Under the pieces are notes generated by a model that was not told where the DNA came from, ran no database searches, and saw nothing but the letters and a program-made list of their open reading frames with translations. A stretch of DNA of 64,000 nucleotides, from positions 32,426,001 through 32,490,000 of the forward strand of contig OX597827.1 of NCBI GenBank assembly GCA_951406725.2, given 5' to 3'. This DNA is from Octopus vulgaris. Lineage: Eukaryota. Position 1 is the first letter of the stretch; every line of letters begins with the position of its first letter. A program made the position numbers and the translations under genes. Shown here in pieces: positions 1 through 12,900 of this stretch.

Positions 1-599
1 GTTCGTTTATAGCTCCAAGATGAATGAATGGACTAAAGGAAAACTTGTCACAAATTCGATGGAGGAGGAGGAGGTGGTGGTGGTAGTGGTGAAAGGGGAT
101 GTAATACCATTAAAATTTATTGAATAAATTAAGTTCGTGTGATTCGGCAAAAAAAAAAGTAATTAATCTAAATTAGAATTTATTTTAAAAATAAGTGCAG
201 ACATGGCTGCGTAGTTAAGAAGCTCTATCTGTAATCACACGGTTTCAAGTTCGGTTTCAGGGCGCGGCGCCTTAGGCAAAGGACTTCTGCTAAAGCTGCG
301 AATTGACCAACGCTTTGGAGTAAGTTTGGGAGATGAAAACTGAGTGGAATCTCGTAGTTGTACCTGTGATTCGATGGAGCAGCCTTGTCACATTCTGTGT
401 CATACTAAATTCCCCAGAGAACTATGTTAGAGGCACGCGTATCTGTGGGGTGCTCAGCCACTTGCACGTTAATTTCACGAGCTGGAACACTTGTCGTCGT
501 AATCGACGGAGTGCCCAGCCTGGGTAGGCACTTACTTACCTAAGGTGCCACGTAGTGAGACTGAACCTAAAAGTACATGTTTGCGAAAAGAAAAAAACT

Positions 600-710
600 G
601 AAGAGAAAGTAATAAATAAATAGTAAAAATAAATAAATAAATAGTAAATAGTAAATATAAATAAATAATAAATAGTAAATAGTAAATAATAAATAAATAG
701 TAAAAATAGT
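600..710. repeat. Degenerate AAAT/AATAGTA low-complexity repeat
   Basis: Visible iterated aaataaatagt units. Confidence 0.85.
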
Positions 711-1189
711 TTAACCAATGAACGACAACAAATAAGTGTTCACGTGTGTAGTGTAAGGGAGATAACTCTAGTATAAAATGTTGCAATAATTTTTAAAATA
801 ACGATTTGGGCATAATTAGAAACTAAACATAAATTAAAAACAAAGGAAACAAGTTGACGATGAAACAAGTTCCTCTACCCACATTTTCCCATCCACATCT
901 TTACCATATGAGGCCCTAACAGAATCCGATAATAGATACTATGCATTTTAAAGACTGTCGAAAATGATTTTTCAAACTAATATTTGATTTAATTCTAAAA
1001 CCATATATATTCCCAATATTACATTTAATGATATATTTCATTATATGGAGTGGTTAATTACACCGAAATAAATTACAATATAATTCATAAGTCAAAGAAA
1101 GAAAAAGAAAATAAGCGAAAATGCATTCGTCTGGAGTCTGTGTTCGTCTGAGGCCCCTGTTGATAAAGTGGTCCAATGCCGTGTTTACT

Positions 1190-1298
1190 TGTCCAACAAG
1201 AAGTTGTACCCACGTGGTTGTCCACGGTGAACTTGTCCCATCCTGGGTCCGACTTTTTTTTTCAATTTAGATTTCATTATCTTGGATCATTCTGAAAG
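1190..1298 (+). promoter_or_regulatory. Putative promoter / non-coding first exon with E-box (CCACGTGG 1210-1217) and donor AAG|GTTAGT at 1298/1299
   Basis: CpG-rich, repeat-poor stretch about 1100-2000. The ATG exon has an acceptor (ttttctatttgcag, 3738), so an upstream UTR exon is expected. The 5' boundary is a guess. Confidence 0.4.
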
Positions 1299-2356
1299 GT
1301 TAGTCAAAAAATTACACTTACTCATTCCCCATTTCAGTTGTCATATTGTTATGTCTCTGTTTTCTCACTTTGTCTTTAATTCGTATTTCTGCCTTAAATC
1401 TCTTCCGTCGGTTGTCCTTGAAAAGAAAATTAAAATTGTCGAATTTGTTTCATAAACCACGACCTACAGTACAAAACAGAAGGGAACATATAGCAACTGC
1501 TTGCTGGAATCCCTGTGTGTCTACCGAAATTCCTCGGGATGGTGTTGACGTCGGAAGAATATAGAAACTTTCGACGGAAAGAAAATAATATTTCGGACGG
1601 TGAATCTCGAAGCACATAAAGCCATACCTTGTTAATATTGGGTTAAAAATAAAATCCACTTGGACAGAAAAAGTCGAAAGCTTCGGGTAGGACTCGAACT
1701 CACATCTATTTACGAAATATGTATTATTCGAGTCCCAGGGTAGTCTTCGACGGCGGAAGTAAAGAATACGCACCCGGGGTGGTTAGGGTTAGGTTATCTC
1801 CACCGCCTTCAGCTTTTCCTATCCAAGGGTATTTGGCAATATATCGGGGGGGGGGGGGGGGGCGGTTTAGGAAAAGTGAAATTATTTGTTCGTCAAGTTC
1901 CCTATAAAGTGAAAAACACGGTCGCACACTCATTCATTGTCATTCGTTTTGCACGAGCAACTTCAACAGTAACACGCACTCACTCACACATATATAGATA
2001 CACATGCATAAATATACACGAATCGCTTATGTTTGTGTATGTATGTGCATCTGTGTAGAGGTTTGTGCGTAAGAAAGTAAAGAATTAAAATGTTTTACGA
2101 AATTTGCCGGACAAATAGTTTCACTTTTCCGTTTTCAACCTAACATTCACAAGCTATTTATAGCTTTATATGCTTGGAGATTCAGTGCTCCGAAAAAGAA
2201 AAGTATGATGTTTTATTGTTTATCAAATATCACACAAAATCTTAATTAAATCTCTTTGATTCGCCTTAATAATCACAAGTTGTTAAGTATTATTTACACT
2301 ACGCGTGTGGAACCCGTGAGTCTCTGGAATATTCTACAAAATGGTGAATTAAGTCA

Positions 2357-2530
2357 AAGTTCTATATTTAAGAGATGAGGAATTGTGTACATTATTTACA
2401 TTCGACGGATATACCTTGGGAATGAGAACCCAGGTTTGAAATTTCCCCAAGACACCTGAAGAAGGCTGGAGGGTATATCAGCCGAAACGTGTTAACAACA
2501 AAGATGAGGACATATATCCGTCAAATGTAA
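2357..2530 (+). mobile_element. Penelope-like terminal-repeat fragment carrying a hammerhead-like motif
   Basis: Near-identical to 7510-7640; GACAC CTGAAGA A GGCTG..CAGCC GAAAC at 2451-2488. Confidence 0.65.
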
Positions 2531-3004
2531 GTCAAAGTTGTTGGTGATGTACATAGAAAACGAAAAGGGACCACCTGGGTGAATGACAACCTCCATTCAC
2601 CCAGATTCCAAGTAAATTATCATTTTACATTAGTGACTATTGACATCATTTAATCTCAGTTAATCATTGTGTTATTCCATACACAAAACAGCACTCCTTA
2701 GAACTTGTACACCTGTATAACGTAAATCAGGGATTCCCAACCACCGGGCTGCATTGGGTGCATTATAAGGATTCCGTGGGCCTGAGGATTCTCTCATATT
2801 CCTCCACTGTCTTCTTTGGTTTGGTTTCTTATGGCTGGATACTCTTCCTCGCATCAACCACTTCACAGCATGTACTGGGTGCTTTTTTTTTTATTATGAC
2901 CCCAGCACTTGTGAGGTCACCATGAGGGAGGCAGCTTTATCACTCAGCGATGAGGGATTAACCTTTTAGCAGTCAGATGGCTCTGTCAAATGTAATGCTT
3001 ATTT

Positions 3005-3313
3005 ATTACCTCTGCTTTAGCAAAAGCAGAGGTGTTGCTTAGTCGTGTTTGTTTGTCCATGGACAAGATATCTCAAGAACTACTGGATAGATTTGGATGA
3101 CTGGCACAAACTGATTAGATTTGGGAATCAATTTGATGCTGGACAAGGATTCTGGATTATTTTTCTGTTTTTTTTCCAGGTTCATTTTTAGTATTCTTGT
3201 TTGTGAGAGCAGTTGAGTTTATTTCAGATATTCTCATTTGAAAAATCATCTCCGGCTAATCGTTGAGAGGACTTTGGTGTTGTCTTGGCAGAGGTTTGTG
3301 CTGTCTGAGTGTC
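3005..3313 (+). mobile_element. Non-autonomous Helentron/HINE-like element (also 24571-25429, split by an insertion, and 57657-58003)
   Basis: Subterminal inverted repeats ACCTCYGCY...TTGGCAGAGGT, gtttgt microsatellite and a 3' GCGCTCTCTGAGTG stem-loop, shared by three copies. Confidence 0.6.
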
Positions 3314-3784
3314 TTGTTTACATTGTTTTGAATTAATTAGACATTATGTTGTAGCTTTGATGTGATTGTTTATTTTTAGAATGACATTGTAGGTTAGATG
3401 CAAGAGGTCAAATCTGGCCACTTTGAACATAAAACAGGTGGAATATTTGGGTTGGATATGGTTGGTCTAAATGCTGAAGGGTTAAAGTATCAGAGAAAGG
3501 TTCAAAGCAGAACAGGTTTCTTACTGATGAGGGGCCACATGGCTACTCACATTTTAGCTGAGAGGATCGGGATGGAACAGGTAAGAGATGAAAATAACAA
3601 TGATTTAGCATTTGTGTGGACCCTCAAGGTATTCTTCTGATTTTAAATACATCGTCTCTAATTCCTCCAACACTGTTTCAAGCTGACAACTGATGTATTT
3701 TTGTTTTGTTTTGTTTTTTTCATGTTTTCTATTTGCAGCATTCCGTAGAATAACCTTTTAATCCATATTAGACACAGCCTAACC

Positions 3785-3956
3785 ATGGATTATCCAGAAT
3801 GGGATATTCCTGATTCTAAGACTGTCAACAGCATATCTTTTGAAATATTCTCATCTGAAGAAATTAAAAGACTCAGTGTGAAGCCTATAACCAGCTCACA
3901 GACATTTGATGCCCTCCTTCATCCTCAGCCAAATGGCTTACATGATCTTGCACTCG
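3785..3956 (+). CDS. POLR1A: POLR1A coding exon 1 (MDYPEW...GLHDLALG)
   Basis: Acceptor at 3738, accATGG start, donor gtaagt at 3957, phase 1. Confidence 0.9.
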
Positions 3957-6900
3957 GTAAGTTCACGACAAATATTTGTTGCTGTTGTTTTATTACAGTG
4001 TTTTTTGTTGTTTTTTTTTTGCTTTTCTTTATTTAATCTTTTGACACCAAGTTGACTGAGGCTGCCACATCTATTTCTGTGGATCTAAAACTCCTTCTTT
4101 AACATGCTCACTCCTGAATTAAACCCGTCCATGATATTTCTATATGTTCTGGAACATCAGCTTAATAGCAAAGTCATTTAGTTTACTGAATTCCTCCAAA
4201 TTCTTGATTATTAAAAAAAAATTGATCCATTTTGTTGGAAATATGGCAATGAATAGACTGAGTCTGTCAAATACACTACCTGTTCACATTGTTTTGAATT
4301 AATCATGCATCATCTTGTAGCTTTGAGATTTCAGTAATGTGGTTGTTTATTTTTAGAATGACATAGTAGGGTAGGTGTGAGAGGCCAGATATGGCCAGTT
4401 TGAATGCTAAGTGGTTAATACTGATTTCCACTGAAATTTGTCTTCTGTATAAATGTTGATGATCAGGGTTGCGTGTTCTCATCTTCACCATCATCGTTTA
4501 ACATCCATTTTCCCTGCTGGCATGGATTGGACGGTGCGACTGGGGTCTGGGAAGCCAGGAGGCTGCACCAGGCTCCAGTCTGATCTGGCAGTGTTTCTAC
4601 AGATGGATGCCCTTCCTAACACCAACCGCTCCGAGAGTGTAGTGGGTGCTTTTTATGTGCCACCAGCACGGGAGCCAGTGCTGGCATCGGTCATGTTCGG
4701 ATGATGCTCACCCACCGACAACAGCAACTTATGACGTACTTGTAGATTCAGAATAGTAACTCACCCTGTGACAACAACCACCATATATACCTCACATATG
4801 TGTATACATATGTTTCAGAGGTGTATATACTGAGTGAGCTACAATATATTGTCCTAAGGTGATGAAGACGGTCATATACCTGATATATATATATAGATAG
4901 ATGGATATAACTACAGACATATATAATGATATATAAATATATGCATATATATGTACATACCTACATATATATGTATATATACATGCATATATGGGTATGT
5001 GTGAGGTGCAATGGCCCAGTGGTTAGGGCAGCGGACTCGTGGTCAAAGGATTGCGGTTTTGATTCCCAGACCAGGCGTAGTGTGTGTTTATTTAGCGAAA
5101 ACACCTAAAAGCTCCACAAGGCTCTGGCAGGGGGTGGTGGCAACCCTTGTTGTACTCTTTGGCCCCAACTTTCTCTCACTCTTTCTTCCTGTTTCTTGAG
5201 TAACACTGTGATGGATTGGTGTCCTATCCATCTGGGGGGAACACATATGCCTTAGAAACTGGGAAACCGGGCCCATGAGCCTGGCTAGGCGCATAAATAA
5301 TAAATATATGGGTATAGGACATCAAAAAAATGTAGACACAATGAGAAACAAGAACATAACAGGTGATAAGTATTGCCACCTATTACCTTCTCCCTGACCT
5401 GCTCCTATTTTCCTTTACGTCACCCCCAGCCAAAATTCACCATTGCTCATGTCCCCAACCATATTCACCTAACACTGCATTCACATCTGTCTCCTTCTCT
5501 GTATGTTGCACTTCCTTTCACACTTTCACAAACCTACCCACCCAGACATCCTCAGTTTTCTGTCCCTATTCTCTCTTTATCCATTTTCTTGTGCCCTGAC
5601 ATTACATTCCTACCATCCCTTCTCCCTTTCCTCCTGGGGTTGCCACATACCCGATCTTGACTCTCTATCATACACCTGACAGAAAGTCACTTCCACCTCA
5701 CTCGATGCCACTCTCCAACTCTATCGAGTGGTGTCTTGTCTTGCAAGTTACTTGTCGATCCCACAAGTGCTGGTACCATGACAAAAAGGACCCAGTACAA
5801 CCTGTAAAGTGTTGGCTTAACGAAGGGCCTCTAGCCAAAGAAGAAAACCATGCCAGCATTGAAGACAAACTTTTAAGGACAATGATGGGGAGAGTAGATA
5901 CAAACGAAGAAGCTGAAAATAGGACAATCCAGACTTGGCTCACCTTCATGCCTCTGGCATTCTTCCTTATATTCTTGCCCTTAACTTTTTCCTAAATCCA
6001 GATCTAAGTTTCTAGATCTGATCTGCTCAAAGAAAAGCAGTGGGCTGAGGTTTCTTTCTTTCTTTCTTTCTCTTTTCTAAAACCCAGTATTTCTACTTTA
6101 CAGGTTCCCTTAACAAGTACATCTGTTCTACCTGTGGTCAACCACCTAGCACCTGCACGGGACATCTTGGACATATTCCTTTACCTCTCTTGCTCTACAA
6201 TCCTATGCTCTACCGGTCAATGTACAAGGTCAGTATTAAATCACTTTCAGAGTCAACAAAATAAGTACCAGTTGAACACTGGGGTTGATGTAATCGACTA
6301 ACTCCTTCCCCCAAAACGTCAGGGCCTTGTGCCTATAATAGAAAGGATTGTTCGACAGCTCAATATTTAATTCCTCAAATCCATTTCACCTCAACAAATA
6401 ATCTGCCAATCTCTTAATCTCTCTTTCTCTTTTAGATTCTAGACTTGGCATGCCTCAGTTGCAATCTGCTGGTTTTGAGCAAGGAGACCCTGCAAATAAT
6501 TGAGAGTAAAATTTCCCTAATTAAAAGTGGTCATTTGATTGCATACCATGAGATTAATGGAAGGACCAATGATCCAAATAAAATTGAAGAAATATTGAAT
6601 TCGTTACCAAAGACAGAAGTGGCAAAAGATGGTAAGTGTTTTGTTATTTGTGCCAAGTTTGGCAACAGATAGATACAGGGAGAGCAGGCTGTGTGTTTCA
6701 TTAGTGTTGCTGTTGGTTTTGTTAAACTGCAGACTAACCTGGATCAGACAGATCTATAATCAAAGACAATTCAACTATGAACATACTGTCTTTTATTCCA
6801 ACAAAATCCATACATATATATATATAACAGACAAAATCCACATACATACATATATATATAGAGAGAGAGAGAGAGGTTTACATTATTTACATATGATGGA

Positions 6901-9900
6901 TATTTCTCCTCGTCTTGTTTGTTGTTAACACAATGTAACACTTCTTCAGGTGTATTGGGGGAATTTCGAACCTGGGTTTTCCATTCCTAAGGTATTTTTC
7001 GATATTTACTATTGTTCAGGTCACTGCTTGGAATCGAACTCAGAATCTTGGGGTTAGTAGCCCGTGCTCTTAACCATTATGCTATATGTCCGTGGGCAAT
7101 TATGGAGTGAATTTTAGGGCTTATAAATCTAATATTTTTCTATCCTTCCTTAATACTGGTTCCCATATTCTACTCATATCTACACTCGGTCTGCTTAGGA
7201 GGTTGTTGTGTCCTAGCATATGTGCTGCTTCTTTTAGTTTTCATACTTTCCAGTGGTGTTCTCTGTCTATTATTTTAACTTTTTTGAGGTGGTCTCCATT
7301 TTTCCATACATGATCAGCTATACCCAATTTATCAATATCTCCTTGTGTCACAGCTTTGCATTGTTCGTCTGCCCTTATCTTGAGGGGGTGGCATGTTTTG
7401 CCTTTGTATAACCTACCACAGCTGCATGGGATGGCGTACACATAGTCTTTGGTCATATTGTCTTCTATTGGTGGTTTTACTTGAAGGAGATAATAATAAC
7501 AACATTGAAAAATACCTTAGGAATGAGAACCCAAGTTTGAAATTTCCCCAAGACACCTGAAGAAGGCTGGAGGGTATATCAGCCGAAACGTTGTGTTAAC
7601 AACAAACAAGATGAGGACAAATATCCGTTGAATGTAAATAATGTACATAATTCTCATCTCTTAACTATAGAACTGTAATATAGAGAGGTTGCTGTTGACT
7701 TACAACCACAATTTGTTCCGATTGACTGGTCATAAGTCAGCCTATAGGCCTACATAGTTTTGTTTTATATTTTTACATTCTTAAGGTACATTCTCAGGTA
7801 AAAGTCACACACACCATTCTGTATTGTACTATTATACTGGCGTTAGTCAAAAATATCAGTCTCAAGCAGTCGTCTTACAAACAAATACGAGGATGTCTCT
7901 ATGACAAGATATTCATCCAACACTTGAGATAACCACAGTAGTGATCGATAACCAGGAGCTGGCATGCCAATTGTCGTAAGGTCGATCGGTTGTAAGTCAG
8001 TGACAACCTGTATATATAGATATATATATAGATATATATACACACACACCACGGGGTACTGAAAAGTTCCTGGCTTTAAGGGTGTCGCAAAAGGCCTGGT
8101 TGGAGGCCCAACCTTCTGAGTTCTTTTACAGGGCTTAGAAAAACTGAAGGGCCACTGAAATAAGCGTGAGAATCTGAGAGGGGAATATGTTGAATAAAAT
8201 CATAATTGACTGATTCTCCTGTACTTTCTTTTACCTGAAGCCAGCAAATTTTCTGCACCCCCTTGTATATATAAGAGAGATGGCATTTCAGCCATCTTTA
8301 TGTTCTGAGTTCAAATTCCACTGAGGATGACTCAGTCTTTTATCCTTTGAGGGTCAGTAAAATAAGTACCGGCTATGAACTGGGGTTCAACTTACCCCCT
8401 CCTGTAAAACTGCTGGCTTTGTACCGAAATATAACACCAAAAATAATGATAGGCACAAGAGTGGCTGTGTGGGAAGAAGCTTGCTTCCGAACCACATGGT
8501 CCCAGGTTCAGTCCCATTGCATGGTACCTTGGGCAGCTGTCTTCAACTACAGCCTCAAGCCAGCCAAAGCATTGTGAGTGGATTTGGTAGACAGAAACTG
8601 AAGGAAGCCCATCATGTGTATATGTGTGTTCCCACCATTGCTCGACAGCTGGTGTTGGTATGTTTACATCCATGTAACTTAGCAGTTCAGCAAAAGAGAC
8701 CAACAGAATAAGTGCCAGGCTTAAAATTTTTTTTTTTTTTAATGTGTATTGGGGTTGAATCATTCAGCTAAAATTCTTCAAGGTGGTGCCCCAGCATGGC
8801 CGCAATCTAATGAGTGAATTAGGTTAGTGAGGGGGAACATGAGGGTGGGTAGTTTCATAAGAGTGTGAGGAGAGATTAAAGAGTGGTGAGTGATGAGCAA
8901 AGATGGAGATGTGGCTGACGGGGGAAAAATCAATATGGAAGGGGTGGATAAGGTGGGAGAAATAAAAGCATCTTAGAGAGGTGGGTAAGTCAGAAGGTGG
9001 TGGAGTGGTATGCAAGGTATAGGAGTGGTGAGGAGGGAAATGAAGGGTACATAAGGGTGGCTGTAGTGTGTGAGGTATGATGGTGGAGGTGACTTGGTGC
9101 TGAGAAAGATAACTGATAGGTGGTGTGTGTTGGTTGCACAAAGAAAGCAAGAAGAATAATATATACCAAAACTACCCTCAAGTAATCAGAGTCTGTAGTG
9201 CCATGGATAGAGAAGTGGGTGTTAGGGAATTGAGATCTGAGAAAGGCTTGACATAGCAAGATGGGTTGCAAGCATGAACAGTGTTTCTAGGGCATTATGT
9301 ATACTGTAAGGGGCAGGTTTTCTTGAGCACAGTGAATTGCCAATCATCTTGGCCCATTCGTCATTTCCATGAAGCTCAAAATTTGAAATCAGCCTTCATT
9401 ACTTTGTCCCGTGTCTTCCTGGGCCACCCTCTTCCATCATTATCATCATTCATCATTGTTCGACCGTGGTCGAGACAATGGAATTTACCATGTTGCGCCA
9501 GACTTCACGGTCCATCATAGCATTACGGAGGTCCTGTTGCTGGATGCCTGTATCCCTGGAGATTACATCAGGGTAGGAGAGTGTGCGCCCTCTGGTGTTG
9601 CGAGTAGATGGCTTCCAGAGGAGAAGAGTAGAAATTACTTCTTTTTCAGCTCTACAACAATGTCCAGCAAACTGGACTCTCCTACCCTTCACAAGAGATG
9701 ACACAGGTGGTAATTTCCCATATATTTGCATTTTAGTTGGATGGCGCCTCCACGAGAGATTTTGAGCTCTCATAAGGAGGCGAGTGTAGGTTCCATCCAA
9801 CCGCCTCTAAAGCTTCTTTGATAACGTCCAGGTTTCTGAGCCATATAGTAGGATTGGTTCGACTGTGGCTTTGAATATTTCAAGTTTGAAGTCTCTACTT

Positions 9901-12900
9901 AGATTTGATGACCAGATCTTATGCATGTCATTACAGGCTGACCAGGCCATACCCTTTCTAGTTAGAAAGTCTTTTCCAGATGATGATATGTATGACCCAA
10001 GATATTTATAATCAGAAACCATATTTAAAGGTGCACTGTTGAGAGTGTGGATGATGCAATCACTGTTGGACAGGCACTTGTTTATGTATTCAGTTTTGGT
10101 CTCATTAAGGTAAAGACCTACACAATTTGAGGCTTGTTCAAGAGATTGTAAAAGAGACTCTTCCATAAGTTCTACTCACATTGAGCAACTGGCTCTTGTT
10201 TTATGTTGCTGTTTGCATTGTATAACCAAACAAATACAGATGCCTCTCTTAGCACTGCATCTGGTTCCTTTTGCGTCTGATTTTTCTCTCAATACATTAA
10301 CACTTTGTCGCACACGTACACTGGCATTGCACATCTAATGAAGCATACTAGTATTGAACAAAATGGATATGTGGTCTGCACTTGTCATTCCTTCAGTTAT
10401 CTGGCCTGCTGTGAAATAAGTTTGATGACCCCTGATCTACTGCAACAGTTCTCAACCAGGTCTAAAAGACCCTTAGGGGTCTAAATAAGATCTTGTCAAA
10501 ATTTATCTACAAAAATATTAGTTACACTTCTACAGAACAAAATATTTTAACAGTTATATTTTTTACATGATCCCTTATAATATTCAATTCTAGAAATATA
10601 TATAGGATTTTTTTAAACATTGACTGGCTAGAAGGGTCCACTTGAGTAAGATATGAACTAAATAATGAATTTAGTAAATTTAGGTGAAGAATAGTTGGGG
10701 ACCACTGGTCTGTTGGATGGAAAACTGATCTGGGACTAAACCACATCAACAACAGCACTTTATCCTCTGAAACAGCTCAGTTCTGCTTCTGTTTTTTTTT
10801 TTTTTTTTTTTTTTTTTTTCTTTTATATCATCAATAAATCATGTTTAAGACCCTACTGTCTCCCTTAACCCTTTCATTACTGTATTTATTTTGAGATGCT
10901 CTGTGTTTCTTTCAATTAATTTTAAATATAACAAAGAATTTAGTAAAATAACTTAGTTATTATTAAGCTAGTGTTAGGAACATAAATTGTGACTAAGGTT
11001 AGTTGAAGATTTTAATTCAAAACTTATGAAAACAAGACATTTGTACTACAGAGCCAGAGGCAGTTTCAGCCAGGTAGGTAATGACAGGGTTAATCAAGAA
11101 AAAGTAAAAGAGTTTTGTATTTGATCTTTCAGAGGAAGCAAGACAGATTCGCCACCTGAGGCATGTATGGAAACAATGTGTGGCTTTGCTACCGAAAATA
11201 ACTCGAAGAAAGTGTCCCCATTGCTTGGCAACAAGACCAACACTGAAACAGTTTCAAAACTGCCAAATCTTTACATCAATGATGGTATCAGAAACAAAGA
11301 CGAAGATGCCCAGAATGAAGTAAGTTCATTGTTTCAGACTCATATTAATTGGAACAACCATATCTTATTTAAACAGTAGGAAAGAGGATTTTTCAATTCT
11401 GTATCTCTTTGAGGAGTTTATATTATGTATTAATGCCATCATCTTCATTGTTGCTTTCACTACATTTTGGTTGTGTATGCTCCAGTCTTCAAGTGTCTTG
11501 TGATTCACCTCCATGCCTTGGCTGGAATTGAACTCAGAACCTCTAGGTAATTGTACTGCATTGAACAGCTATGTTATCTAGATTGTCAGAGTGAATTTTT
11601 AAGGCTTAAGGCTCCATTGATGTCTTATGTTGGCTCCATTCCAATTGGTTAATACAACTCCATACTTCTGAAATGAGGAATTTTTATACCATGTATCAGT
11701 CGAACTGGTGCCTTCGTCTTGATCATTGCTTTCACTACATTTTGGCTGTGTACACCCCAGCCTTCAGGTGTCTTGTGATTCAGCTTAATGTCTTGCTTCT
11801 GACTAAGAATTTTTTTCTGTGAAACATGTACCAATAATATTCTGTTCTTGAAATCATTTACTATACACATAGGCATCAGCCTTCTTCCTTTCACCACCCA
11901 ATCTTCCAGAATTTTGCAACTCAACAAAATAATCTCCCTTCATACCATTTTAAATGTATTGTTCTTTTTTATTGGTCAATCACTGAACTGTGACCGTCAT
12001 TGGTTACCAGTGTTTAGTTGATTGTAATCAGCTAAATGTTTTTTACTGATACAGTTACATCAATCAATAATTTTGTTAATTCCATTGACACTATCATCAC
12101 CACTATCATCATTTAACGCCTATTTTCTATGCTGGCATGGTTGGACAATTTGACAAGATCTGACCAGTCACTGGTCTGCACTGAGCACCAATGGTATGGT
12201 TTCTATAACCGAATGCCCTTCCTAATGCTAACTACTTGGTGTTTTTTCAGCATCAACATTAGTGAGGTTACCAAGTGTCTGGCAAGACAAAGAGACAGGA
12301 AAAGACAATCTCATCTAAGTGTGGGGGGGGGGTATTTGAGAGAGTGGGGAGGTGACATTATGCCAGGTGTTGAGAAGCTAAAGTATGGTTGGGAGACAAG
12401 CACAGTTGTCTTCATGTAGAAAAGATACATGGCTACCTTGCATTATTTAATGGTGAATGGGAGTGGCTGGAAAGAAGATTGAGATGGTGGTGATTTGATA
12501 ACCAGAGCGAGCTCTCAGTTTGGCAATTTTATTGATGTCCATAATTGTCGGTTATCCTAACCCGGACGAAAAATTTTTTGGTTCATAATACCAACCTGGC
12601 TGAGAGAACCTATTGTTATTTAAATGTAAATTTGAACCCAAATCTCGTTGGTACATTCGTTAAAACATGTGATTTCACTTTGTAAATAGTTGGTTTATAG
12701 TATCCGACATTGCTTCAAGTGATATCTCAACTCAGTGAATTTTGGGAGATTTTTATCCACATTTTTTTCGGCATCGATTTTTCTTCAACTTCAAAAATGG
12801 ATAGGAGTTTCATTTTATCAAGCATTGATTCAGAATTTAAAGCTTTTTCAACGGAAAATAGGGAGATATCGAGAAAAAGAATGAAATAGGTACTAAAGCA

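Noticed and set aside
1781-1795. Telomere-like GGTTAGGGTTAGGTT
   Set aside because: Only about two units; too short to call an interstitial telomere
11167-11379. 70-aa ORF from the track
   Set aside because: Overlaps exon 4 in the wrong frame; the frame with CPHC fits the splice phases
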